From: an uncultured virus (IMG/VR IMGVR_UViG_3300045836_000189)
Taxonomy: Duplodnaviria; Heunggongvirae; Uroviricota; Caudoviricetes
Length of the DNA stretch: 64,000 bases
Reading direction: 5' to 3' (one strand)
IMG/VR virus record: IMGVR_UViG_3300045836_000189
Location: 62,001-126,000 of that record
Shown here: positions 47,182-55,890 of the stretch, piece by piece
Layout: each line of letters opens with the position of its first letter
Numbering within the stretch: the stretch's first letter is position 1
The notes under the pieces: model-generated
The model's database searches: none
What the model saw: the letters and a program-made list of their open reading frames with translations, nothing else
What the model was told of the DNA's origin: nothing
Translations under genes and position numbers: made by a program

Positions 47182-48297
47182 ATGAATATCTTGTTTTATT
47201 TAAAGGACTCAAAGAACAAAGCCGGTGAGAAAGCTCTCTATGTCCGGCTCTCCCAAGGCACCCAAATTACAGAATTATCCCTGGGTGTCCGCATGAAACC
47301 CTCCCAGTTTAAGTCTACATCTTCCAAGCAGTACATGAATGCTGTTCAAGCCAAGCTCCTGGAGATAGAGGGAGAACTTCTTCTACAAAGTACCTGTACC
47401 CCACAAATGATCAAGCATGAGTACTTAAGCCGTACTACTCAGGTGTATAACCTCCTTGATGTGTGGGACCAGTACCTGGTGTATTACCAAAAGAACAAGC
47501 TCCAGACCGGAGAGGTCAAGGAAGTGTCCTATGATAAGTTCGTCCTTTCCCAGGATTACATGAAAAAGTACCTCAGGGAGCTGAAGCTTACGGACATCCC
47601 TTTGAACATGATCCATTCTGATTTCATCATGGAGTTTTTCAATTTTCTCAGAAGGAGTGTATCCCATAATCATGCTCAGAAGATGGTCAGCAAGTTCAAG
47701 ACAGTGATCATCTGGGCCCATTCCAAGGGCTGGATCACCAAGACCCCTTTTACCCAGGTCAAGATCCGGCCAAACAAAACCAAGGTGGTCTATCTGGTGG
47801 ACAGTGAGCTGAAGAGGCTGCACAAGACCAAGTACCATCCCCGGCTGGAGAAGGTGCGTGATGCTTTTCTTTTCCAGTGTTATACAGGGCTTGCCTACAT
47901 AGACATGAGCCAGCTTACCCAGGAAATGATAGAGGATAACAAGATCATGATTGACCGTCAGAAGACTGGTGAACCCTGCTACATCCCCCTAATGAAGCCA
48001 GCCAAAGAAATACTGGAAAAGTACAGGTATCAGCTCCCGGTAAATTCCAACCAGAAAATGAATGCTTACTTAAAAGAAGTAGGCACCCTGGCAAAAATCA
48101 ACAAAGAGCTGCATACTCACGTTGGCAGGCATACTTTTGCCACCATTGCCCTAAATAACGGAATGCCAGTGACCACTTTACAGGTCATACTGGGACACTC
48201 TGACATCAGGACCACAATGAAGTATGCCAAGTTGATCCGGAATACGATAGATCAGGACATGGTCAAGCTGGAAGATAAATTATCTGCTATAGTATAA
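47182..48297 (+). CDS. int: Tyrosine recombinase/integrase, Bacteroidota type (arm-binding, SAM-like and catalytic domains)
   Basis: MNILFYLK...LYVRLS arm domain; RDAFLFQCYTGLAYID; RQKT; SNQKMNAYLKE; HVGRHTFAT; LGHSDIRTTMKY. Confidence 0.92.
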   Translation: MNILFYLKDSKNKAGEKALYVRLSQGTQITELSLGVRMKPSQFKSTSSKQYMNAVQAKLLEIEGELLLQSTCTPQMIKHEYLSRTTQVYNLLDVWDQYLVYYQKNKLQTGEVKEVSYDKFVLSQDYMKKYLRELKLTDIPLNMIHSDFIMEFFNFLRRSVSHNHAQKMVSKFKTVIIWAHSKGWITKTPFTQVKIRPNKTKVVYLVDSELKRLHKTKYHPRLEKVRDAFLFQCYTGLAYIDMSQLTQEMIEDNKIMIDRQKTGEPCYIPLMKPAKEILEKYRYQLPVNSNQKMNAYLKEVGTLAKINKELHTHVGRHTFATIALNNGMPVTTLQVILGHSDIRTTMKYAKLIRNTIDQDMVKLEDKLSAIV

Positions 48298-48332
48298 AGA
48301 AAGGAGGATTAAGTTCCTCCTTTTTGTTTTTG
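48296..48332. terminator. Bidirectional terminator after the integrase
   Basis: AAAGGAGGA-TTAAGT-TCCTCCTTTTT. Confidence 0.75.
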
Positions 48333-48560
48333 TTCCAGGGTATTCAGGGCTTCCATGATCTGGTCAATGACCGGTGTCTCACGTTTAAGAAAAGTAAAAG
48401 CTTTAACATCCCACATAGGAGATCCGTCACCAGCTTTATAACTCCCAGTATCTTCAATTACTTTGCCCCTGAAGTAGTTTCCTCTTATTTCTTGAACCCT
48501 TACCTTAGTTCCAAGTTTCCCTAACACAATGTCTCCTACTTCAAATGGTATTTCAGACAT
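48309..48560 (-). CDS. SH3-like head plus shared C-terminal helix
   Basis: PFEVGDIV...; tail IDQIMEALNTLEQKQ; start adjusted to MSEIPF. Confidence 0.65.
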   Translation of the reverse strand: MSEIPFEVGDIVLGKLGTKVRVQEIRGNYFRGKVIEDTGSYKAGDGSPMWDVKAFTFLKRETPVIDQIMEALNTLEQKQKGGT

Positions 48561-49320
48561 TGAACTCAACCTCCTTTCTTGAATAATAGGATTTAGCTGC
48601 TCCAAGGAATGCCATGCAAGCAATCTCTGATCTGAAAACAAGTTCTTTAGTATCGGAAGTAAAAGCAGCTTTTTCCATTGACTCTAAGTACAGCTGCTGT
48701 ACAAAATCAAGCTGCGTCATTCTAAGAATTATTTCACTGATCTTGTTGGGGGCACGGCCTAGCTGACCCTTAAAATCAAAATGCTTAAACATAAAGGACT
48801 TATACTCTGATTCTCCTTGCAGCATGTACTGGGGATAATAAAGAGGTCCATTCTGCACATATCGTAGTTTCATTGCCGCTCCTTTCCATCAAGATCCAGT
48901 GATTTGGTGTTAATCATTTCAAAGACATCCACCACATGCCTGGTTTTATCCAGGACACCTTCTCTTAATCCACTCTGAATAGCATCCTTGGGAAAAGTAA
49001 GCCAGGTGGATTTAGGAGTATATCCCCTGGAAACATATTGACCAGTGACCTTGTCACGGATCTTATAGATCTTTTTAACTTTCATCCTTTTGGTTCAATT
49101 CGTCAAACTGTTCTTTGGTAAACGCATAGTGATTGGTAAGACCCCGTTCCCTCTTCCCGTTGATATAATCACACAGGCTCTGGGCCGTGTATTCATCCGT
49201 GCGGAACTGCCAGTTTATGGCTGCTGCTTCTATTTCTTCCGGGAGATTGTGTACTATAGTGAAGCTGCTTCCGTCTGATAGCCGGATCTCCGTTTCAAAG
49301 AATTTCATATCATCCATCAT
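48553..49320 (-). CDS. Three small hypothetical ORFs (48553-48873, 48870-49085, 49075-49320)
   Basis: Overlapping same-strand ORFs. Confidence 0.55.
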
Positions 49321-49378
49321 ATTGTAATTGTTTATAATATTTTGTATATTAAACTAACCACCTTATCCTCATTGCTTT

Positions 49379-49909
49379 ATGTGCAACTGTAACAAATTCC
49401 TGGTAACACCCGTGAGCTGCAAAAGAGCAGTCTACACAGACTATGTTGCCACCTGCTCTGACTCACCCGGTGCCTTCCTGAAAGAGTCAGCCTGTCCGCC
49501 CTGTACAGACGGGCCGGACATCAATACCCTGGAAATAGACTATCTGAACGCTCAGTGGACCTATCAGATGAGTGCTAACGATACTGGCAGAACCGCACTG
49601 GACTTTTATAACGGGTGGTTTTTACCTTACAAGGCACAACTGGGATTTACAGATAATACGATTTTCCAGATCTATGTAACCTCAGGCAGTTTCAGCCAAC
49701 CTTTGGATGTTACTCAATACAGTCAGGGACCAGTTTCTTTTACTGACTCCAGCGGGAACACTTCTTATACGCTCCAGGGATCTACCGCACCAGGCACTGG
49801 TATGGCCGTTAATATAAACTCTGGCTGGGGAAACTATTCTATTCTGGCAGTAGGTAATGATGGAAAAACAATCATTTTTAACAATATCATAGCCATCTGG
49901 GGCTCTTAA
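49379..49909 (+). CDS. Cys-rich N-terminus, beta-rich protein (paralog A; possible virion accessory protein)
   Basis: MCNCNKF...CPPC; Thr/Ser/Gly-rich body; ends GKTIIFNNII. Confidence 0.65.
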   Translation: MCNCNKFLVTPVSCKRAVYTDYVATCSDSPGAFLKESACPPCTDGPDINTLEIDYLNAQWTYQMSANDTGRTALDFYNGWFLPYKAQLGFTDNTIFQIYVTSGSFSQPLDVTQYSQGPVSFTDSSGNTSYTLQGSTAPGTGMAVNINSGWGNYSILAVGNDGKTIIFNNIIAIWGS

Positions 49910-49920
49910 TCCATATTACC

Positions 49921-50460
49921 ATGTGTAACTGTAACTGTAATCGTTTCGTCATCAGGAAGAACAACAAGTATCTTCCTACCTTTACTAACTATATAGCGGT
50001 TCCCACAGATTGTGCGGATGCATATATAAAGCCCGGAGACTGTCCCGGATGTAACCCTTTGCGTTATGCTGTCCGGGAGGATATGGCAAACCCCGCGTAC
50101 CAGGTGGATACCGGTACTGCTGATGGCATTACCATCAATGCCATGGATATTTACTATGGCCTGTCCGGGAAGTATTACACCCAGATCCAGGTAGACAGCA
50201 GTACAGCCTTCACTTTCTACACCTATCCCGGCACTTATGCACCTACCAAAAGAATTGATACAAGCGTACTTTCTCCGGTAGGGACGATCACCTATTCAGG
50301 TGGGCCTACTATGTCTGCCAGTGACAATGGAGCGGGACAGAGTGTAACCTTAAGCGGGTTTAGTGGGCAGAATGGAAACTTTAGTGTGATCATGTATGAT
50401 CAGAAGCAAGGAAAGGCCATTATCCTCAACAACCTGATCCAGTTTTACCATGAACGTTAA
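49921..50460 (+). CDS. Cys-rich N-terminus, beta-rich protein (paralog B)
   Basis: MCNCNCNRF...CPGC; ends GKAIILNNLI. Confidence 0.65.
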   Translation: MCNCNCNRFVIRKNNKYLPTFTNYIAVPTDCADAYIKPGDCPGCNPLRYAVREDMANPAYQVDTGTADGITINAMDIYYGLSGKYYTQIQVDSSTAFTFYTYPGTYAPTKRIDTSVLSPVGTITYSGGPTMSASDNGAGQSVTLSGFSGQNGNFSVIMYDQKQGKAIILNNLIQFYHER

Positions 50461-50702
50461 ACCTGGGCTATCTTGGCTCCCACAATGAAGGTCTCCGCTG
50501 TATCATTGTCAAACCTGACAAGATAGGCATCAACACCATTCATAGAGACACTTCCTGTGACCACACCCTGGTCCTGCTCAAAGTGTACATCCTTATCTTC
50601 CCGTACTACTTTTTTTACCCTTTGACCAAGCTTGATCTTGCATCTAGGATCCCCTGAGTGCAGGAGCTCTAAGATGGCAGGGTTGAGGTCATGTAAGATC
50701 AT
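50457..50702 (-). CDS. Small SH3-like protein without the helical tail
   Basis: IKLGQRVKK...GVVTG...YLVRFD. Confidence 0.55.
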   Translation of the reverse strand: MILHDLNPAILELLHSGDPRCKIKLGQRVKKVVREDKDVHFEQDQGVVTGSVSMNGVDAYLVRFDNDTAETFIVGAKIAQV

Positions 50703-50720
50703 AATGATAAGTTGTTAATG

Positions 50721-50758
50721 AATCCGGACTAATATAAGAATCAGTCCGGATTTTTTTT
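50721..50758 (+). terminator. Intrinsic terminator for the + strand 49379-50460 operon
   Basis: AATCCGGACT...AGTCCGGATT followed by a long T-run. Confidence 0.7.
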
Positions 50759-50759
50759 G

Positions 50760-52013
50760 TTACTTGTTTAATTGTGCATCTGTTTCCGGAGTCACATTGA
50801 TATACTTCCCACCAGTACGCTCACAAAGACTTTTCAGCTCATTGTTAGGTCCGTTGTAAAGAGTGATGGCATTGGTCTTCCAGGTAAGCTTGTCTGTCTT
50901 TACACTATCCTGGCCATCGTTGATCACCAGGATCTCCGGCTGATCTACGGACAGGTCAATGTTCAGATTGAACAGCTTGTGGTTTTCCATGATCTCTTTA
51001 CGGATCCTGTCAATGATGAGTCCCACTTCTGTGTCTCCACCACTGGGGCTATTGTTGAAGTGCTTCCAGAACTCCAGGGCAGTCTCCCGGTTATAGATAT
51101 GATACCATTTAAACGTACCATGCTCCAGGTTGTTTTTGGTCAGGAAGAAGCAGAAGAAGATCTCACACTCTTCCTTGATACAGTAAGATAACCTGTCGGC
51201 CACGATGGACATCACCCACTGTTGTTTCTGTGGGGAGTTCATGGATCCTGAAAAATCCACCAGCATGATGATCTTCTGCTTGGACTCTTCACTTGTTACC
51301 GGGGTGTTGACGATCAGGTCCTTGGTTACCAGTTTCTGGTTGAAGTTGGGCATCATACGCTGATACAGCTGGCTGTTTACCAGCTCACCATATTCTGCCA
51401 TCCTTTTCTGCTTGTGTACCTGGGAGTTGGTCACCCTTCTCTCATGCACCACCTTCTTGATCTCAAAGCTCTTACCGAAGGCTTCCACCATGGCAATCCG
51501 CTGCATCATATCCAGCCTTTTATCAAAGTCCTGCATGTCTGCCCGGTTGTCAAAGAGCTCATTTATAGTAGAAGACTCAAACTGCTCCTCATCCGGCACG
51601 CCAACAAATACCTCTGTGAGGTCTTTCTCCGTCATCTTATCCGGGGAAGGCATAGCTCCGCCCTTTTGTTTCTGCTTCCGCTTCATCAGCATGAGCAGGT
51701 TCATAGCCTTGTCCAAAGGAGAGATGCCAGGAACAAACTTGGTCCTTAAAGCCTCATAGAATCCTTCCTTGGCGTTTGCCCTTTCCAGCTCCTCCGGGCT
51801 TAACTTAGCCGGATCTTTGTATTTGTCTTCCACGATGTCATAGGACATCACCATCTTGTGGTAGAAGAAACGGGCCAGCTCTTTGGCCACATGGGTATTC
51901 TGCAGGTCAAGACCCTTGCGGTGGAGAGTGCTCTCCACCACATAGGTCATTGGGGTCCAGTAATACTCATGTTCCCGTATGTAAAAATCTTCTTGCTTAT
52001 TTCTCAATAACAT
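50760..52013 (-). CDS. VWA (MIDAS) domain protein; partner of MoxR AAA no. 2
   Basis: MLVDFSGSM, SGGDT, LVINDGQD, LKSLCERTGGKY. Confidence 0.85.
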   Translation of the reverse strand: MLLRNKQEDFYIREHEYYWTPMTYVVESTLHRKGLDLQNTHVAKELARFFYHKMVMSYDIVEDKYKDPAKLSPEELERANAKEGFYEALRTKFVPGISPLDKAMNLLMLMKRKQKQKGGAMPSPDKMTEKDLTEVFVGVPDEEQFESSTINELFDNRADMQDFDKRLDMMQRIAMVEAFGKSFEIKKVVHERRVTNSQVHKQKRMAEYGELVNSQLYQRMMPNFNQKLVTKDLIVNTPVTSEESKQKIIMLVDFSGSMNSPQKQQWVMSIVADRLSYCIKEECEIFFCFFLTKNNLEHGTFKWYHIYNRETALEFWKHFNNSPSGGDTEVGLIIDRIRKEIMENHKLFNLNIDLSVDQPEILVINDGQDSVKTDKLTWKTNAITLYNGPNNELKSLCERTGGKYINVTPETDAQLNK

Positions 52014-53136
52014 CTTGGATCTCCTTCAGTTTAGATTGTAAGAATTTTTCATAACCGGATACGCGGCCACTGATCTGTTTCATCAACTCGTCATCCACCT
52101 TCTTGGCTTTCAGGGTCTGAATATCCGCATGGATCTCTTTCAGTACCACTTTGGCACGACGAACATTGTCCAGGGAATTCAGGGTAATACCGTTAGCTTC
52201 CTTGATGTTACCATCAATTTTAGCTATCAGGTCCTCAATCACCTGTACATTTTTGTACTTGGAGATCTCAGCATCCACCAGGGATTTATTCTTGCCAGAG
52301 AAATCTGCCATGAACTTCAGGCCGCCCATATCACCACCAGTCTTCTCCAGGATACGGGCTGCTTTAATGGCAGTACGCGGAGAAACCACGGTTCCGTTCT
52401 GAGCCAGTTTTTCCATGATATAAGAGAGCTGGCTGAATGGCTTGCCGAACATTTTGTTGAACATGAAGGAATAAGTATCCTTAGTGTATGCATTCCACTC
52501 TACTTTATACTCTAAAGGAAAACGCTCCATGAGGGCCTTCAATGAGTCATTCTTGGTGAACTCTTCACGGGTCTTGTTAGTACAGCACACGATAAGCTTG
52601 GTCTTGATCTCAAATACCTGTGTACCGTTACGGAACTTACCGGAGGTCAGGATGTCTTTTAACTGTTCCAGGATATAATCCGGAGCATCCATCAACTCTT
52701 CAAAGATCACGTACTCAAAGTTCATGAAAGAGTTTTCTACCAGGAACTCCAGGGCACCTGTGTCATTGAACTTCTTGATGTCAATGCCACCAAACAGGGA
52801 ATCGGTAGTAGTCCCGCTACCCATTGTCTTTACAAACGGCTCAATACCTTTTGATTCAAAGAAGTATTCAGTGAACTCTGATTTACCGTGACCGCCTTTA
52901 CCAAACAGGATGATATTCTCTCCGGTCAGGAGTGCCAAATCAAGGGCCTTGTTCAGATCTTCCATGAACACGAACTTGGTAGGATCTGATTTGGTTTTTG
53001 GAGCAGCAGCAGGAGCTTCTGCAGGAGCAGGAGTTTCTTTTCCGGTTTCAGCTTGAGCTGATTTGTTTTTTAACATGCTTGGTGCTTTGATAGCCACACC
53101 ATTGGTTTTCTTTACTGCTGTTTCAGTGGTACTCAT
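51997..53136 (-). CDS. MoxR-like AAA+ ATPase no. 2
   Basis: GKGGHGKS, VIFEELMDAP, CCTN, ALMERF, SPRTA; start adjusted to MSTTET. Confidence 0.85.
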   Translation of the reverse strand: MSTTETAVKKTNGVAIKAPSMLKNKSAQAETGKETPAPAEAPAAAPKTKSDPTKFVFMEDLNKALDLALLTGENIILFGKGGHGKSEFTEYFFESKGIEPFVKTMGSGTTTDSLFGGIDIKKFNDTGALEFLVENSFMNFEYVIFEELMDAPDYILEQLKDILTSGKFRNGTQVFEIKTKLIVCCTNKTREEFTKNDSLKALMERFPLEYKVEWNAYTKDTYSFMFNKMFGKPFSQLSYIMEKLAQNGTVVSPRTAIKAARILEKTGGDMGGLKFMADFSGKNKSLVDAEISKYKNVQVIEDLIAKIDGNIKEANGITLNSLDNVRRAKVVLKEIHADIQTLKAKKVDDELMKQISGRVSGYEKFLQSKLKEIQDVIEK

Positions 53137-53170
53137 GATTTTTGTGTTGATTAAATAGTGAATTATTTTG

Positions 53171-53455
53171 TTAACTGTTTTTTGCTTGTAGCTGTAAAGC
53201 CAGCTGGTCAAGGGCTGACTCAATTAGAATAATAGTGTCGGAGAGGGAATCTTTAGCAAGTTCTCTCCAGTAGTAACGACCTTCCTGGCCGTCCTCCCAG
53301 CGGACTTCTGCACCTATATCGGAGATCCATTTTGTGATGATCCCCTTTTTACCCTCTCCTCTCTTGGTTCGGTCGTTGCTGGATTTTATTCCTTCCTCAG
53401 AGATGATAACCTTTGTTCCTACCGGACCAGTACTTTGGGTAAGGTGCTTAGACAT
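53171..53455 (-). CDS. SH3-like head plus shared C-terminal helix
   Basis: VGTKVII...GIIT...EVRWEDG...Y; tail IILIESALDQLALQL. Confidence 0.65.
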   Translation of the reverse strand: MSKHLTQSTGPVGTKVIISEEGIKSSNDRTKRGEGKKGIITKWISDIGAEVRWEDGQEGRYYWRELAKDSLSDTIILIESALDQLALQLQAKNS

Positions 53456-53783
53456 AGAACGGACTGAGTTTTTGCTTTTGCTTTTTCTCGTGCCTGTCCA
53501 GCTCTATGAGTGTCTGGCGGATCAGCTCCGCACAGTTATCACACTTCTCCTGGAGGATCTTCTCTTCTGAGGGAACATATACCAGTTCCTTCATGTAATA
53601 GGCTTCCCGGTGACCGTTGGACCACAGCACGTAGCATGTGTTTCCACTACTACCATCAAGTGTCCCGATCATACCTTTACCATTTTTAATACGGTCTTCA
53701 TGGGGAGGTGCGGTGGGACTTAACTCTATCTCAGCCCCCTTCTGGTAGTTTCCTTCGTTTACCTGGACTTTTTGTTTTGTCAT
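53448..53783 (-). CDS. SH3-like head plus weaker shared C-terminal helix
   Basis: KGAEIEL...GMIG...YVLWSNG...Y; tail IRQTLIELDRHEKKQ. Confidence 0.6.
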   Translation of the reverse strand: MTKQKVQVNEGNYQKGAEIELSPTAPPHEDRIKNGKGMIGTLDGSSGNTCYVLWSNGHREAYYMKELVYVPSEEKILQEKCDNCAELIRQTLIELDRHEKKQKQKLSPFYV

Positions 53784-54022
53784 GTTTCAAAAGTTTCAAT
53801 GGTTTTGATAATGTTTTGGAGGGCATTCCAGAAGGACTTGTCTTCTCTCATCTCTTCCAGCTCCCCATCCGTTGGTTTACGGATGGCCTGGTTATCCTCA
53901 AAGAGCAGGATACTTTTGCAATGGAAGCAGATGCTGACATCACCTTTGGAAGGCCGCACATCTTTCTGATAAGTTTCGTGATTGTTTAATTGGGTTGAAC
54001 AATAGGGACACGGTATACTCAT
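53780..54022 (-). CDS. Small zinc-ribbon protein
   Basis: CPYC...CFHC. Confidence 0.6.
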   Translation of the reverse strand: MSIPCPYCSTQLNNHETYQKDVRPSKGDVSICFHCKSILLFEDNQAIRKPTDGELEEMREDKSFWNALQNIIKTIETFET

Positions 54023-54042
54023 AGTTTTTCAGGGAAATGGAA

Positions 54043-54579
54043 TCAGGGTTTTAACTTGTTACGTATGTTTAAGAGTTTCTGTTTGTAGCTGTCATCCTTT
54101 GAATAGAACTTACTGATATAATTCACCCAGGAAGACTCTGAGGAGATGTTCTCCGGATCTTCTACAAAGCCCTGCCACATGGCATAGTCAATACAGCTTT
54201 GTCTCCAGTGTGAATAATAAGCATGTCCATTCTTTTCTCCAAGAGCAGTAGTAGGACGGTGTTCGGCCAACTTCATTCCGAAGAGGTTATTTCCTTCCTG
54301 GAATATTTTACTAGATCCATTGGCGGATTCCAGCTTCATTTGTGCAATAGCTACTTCCGGGTACTTGACGTGTAGCTGTCTTAAATAATCACGAACCTTG
54401 ATCTCAGAAAAGGGGTCATTGAGATCATAGACGATCTGGGTGCTTACGCTCTGTTGTGTAACTGTCCTAGGTTCCTGGAACCTGGCTGTATAGGCTATGT
54501 AGCTAAAGCCTATCAGAAAAACAGTAAGGGTGGTAATAGTTACAGTGTCTTTTAAAGAGATTTTCTTAAATAAATTCAT
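54043..54579 (-). CDS. Membrane-anchored GH73-like glucosaminidase (peptidoglycan hydrolase)
   Basis: N-terminal TM; AIAQMKLES...NNLFGMK...AYYSHWRQSCIDY...YSKDDSY. Confidence 0.8.
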   Translation of the reverse strand: MNLFKKISLKDTVTITTLTVFLIGFSYIAYTARFQEPRTVTQQSVSTQIVYDLNDPFSEIKVRDYLRQLHVKYPEVAIAQMKLESANGSSKIFQEGNNLFGMKLAEHRPTTALGEKNGHAYYSHWRQSCIDYAMWQGFVEDPENISSESSWVNYISKFYSKDDSYKQKLLNIRNKLKP

Positions 54580-54624
54580 TAGGGATTAGGGTTAGTGAAC
54601 AAATGCTTTCCCGGTCAGGAAAGT

Positions 54625-54698
54625 TGGCACGGGCAGACAGACTCGAACTGCCAATCTCCCCCTCAAATGGGGTGTCCTATCCATTAGACGATACCCGT
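54625..54698 (-). tRNA. tRNA-Gln(UUG)-like gene with encoded CCA and an atypical 4-bp anticodon stem
   Basis: Acceptor ACGGGTA/TGCCCGT, G73, CCA; D-arm GTCTAATGGATAGGAC; anticodon arm CCCC-ATTTGAG-GGGG; T-arm GGCAG-TTCGAGT-CTGTC. Confidence 0.75.
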
Positions 54699-54733
54699 GT
54701 GTAGTAAGCCCGGATCACTCCGGGACTTAAAGC

Positions 54734-55021
54734 TTATTTTACCTGGAAGACGGTACCACCAATCCTTACGGAACGGAGGGTACGGGGATCCACGTTTTTG
54801 AATGATTTGGTTCTGGTCTCCTTAACAGGGAGGTAACCAAGGTTGGTCAGGGTCTGACCTTTGGCCACTTTACAGTTCATGGTGCGTTCCTCTTCATTTT
54901 TCTTCTGAAAGGTCACAGTCAGGAACCGGCCATTGGACTGGTATCTCATCAGATCTACCAGTGCAGTACGTGATACTTTTTGAATGCTTGGAGCTGTCTG
55001 CTCCATTTGTTTGGTTGCCAT
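54734..55021 (-). CDS. Sm/SH3-fold (WYL_2-like) phage protein
   Basis: GRFLTVTFQKKNEEERTMNC...SFKNV. Confidence 0.6.
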   Translation of the reverse strand: MATKQMEQTAPSIQKVSRTALVDLMRYQSNGRFLTVTFQKKNEEERTMNCKVAKGQTLTNLGYLPVKETRTKSFKNVDPRTLRSVRIGGTVFQVK

Positions 55022-55054
55022 AAGGATTTGAATTATTGATTTTTACTTGGTTGA

Positions 55055-55357
55055 TTAGTCCTCATCATAGAGGATAGTGAACAACATTTTTTCTTCTAAC
55101 TTCTCCAGCCCCGCATCCAGTTCACCGAAGATGCTGTCCAGGCTGGACATTGACTCATTATTGGCCCATTCCACACGGTATCCCTTTCCCAGTTTTTCGT
55201 TATACTTCTTGTCCCAGTCATCTATGTGATAAGTGTATTTGGTTCCGGCAGTACCTACTTTTCCGTAGGTTGCCACGAACTGATTTCCACTAATCTCTTC
55301 CATTTCATAGAACTTATGACTGGAACCGTCCTTAAAAACGAGTCTTGCTTTTTTCAT
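55055..55357 (-). CDS. WGR-domain protein plus shared C-terminal helix
   Basis: SSHKFYEM...ATYGKVGTAG...EKLGKGY; tail LDSIFGELDAGLEKLEEKM. Confidence 0.8.
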   Translation of the reverse strand: MKKARLVFKDGSSHKFYEMEEISGNQFVATYGKVGTAGTKYTYHIDDWDKKYNEKLGKGYRVEWANNESMSSLDSIFGELDAGLEKLEEKMLFTILYDED

Positions 55358-55358
55358 T

Positions 55359-55847
55359 TTACTGCTTGTATATAACTACTGTGACATCACAGTACGGAGC
55401 CAGTTCCTTCTGGATGATCTCTTTGATCCGATTCCAATCCCCACCGGCAAGTCCGGCACCGATCTGTGGTAGCCCTACACGCTTTTGAAAATAGCGTGAG
55501 GCCAGCTTACGCATAACCAGGGTCAGTGCCTCATAGTCAATATCTCCCTTGGGATTGCCATAACCAAACTGGGTGTAGGCATTCACTACATCCAGGAAGG
55601 ATGTCTTGGGAGAGCTTCGGGCATCCAGTACAAACCGCATGGCTTCTATCTGTCCTATCTTATTTACGTCCCCTTTGTACTCCTTGGCTTCCATCGGATA
55701 GGTATCCGTAGCAAAGGCAGCTACCATCTGGGTAGCCAGTCCTTTTTTCTGTGTACAGAAACAGTTGCAGCCATGGGCTATGGCATCAAAGTGACCTTCC
55801 CTGGCCAGGGTTATGAGGTTTCCCTCTACTTCATTGTATGTCCCCAT
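55359..55847 (-). CDS. Macro-domain (ADP-ribose processing) protein
   Basis: VEGNL...IAHGCNC...VVNAYTQ...PQIGAGLAGGDW..IK.II. Confidence 0.88.
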   Translation of the reverse strand: MGTYNEVEGNLITLAREGHFDAIAHGCNCFCTQKKGLATQMVAAFATDTYPMEAKEYKGDVNKIGQIEAMRFVLDARSSPKTSFLDVVNAYTQFGYGNPKGDIDYEALTLVMRKLASRYFQKRVGLPQIGAGLAGGDWNRIKEIIQKELAPYCDVTVVIYKQ

Positions 55848-55890
55848 AGTGTAAGTTGTTCCGGTTGACCACCACCGGAAGGAGTTAAGG

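Noticed and set aside
48309..48325. Pup-like QKGG ends (48309 QKGGT; 62003 QKGGNQC)
   Set aside because: At 48309 the codons are part of the terminator stem (AAAGGAGG), and at 62003 they coincide with an SD-like sequence before the next start. The other tails lack GG and no terminal Q/E follows, so covalent pupylation is not supported.
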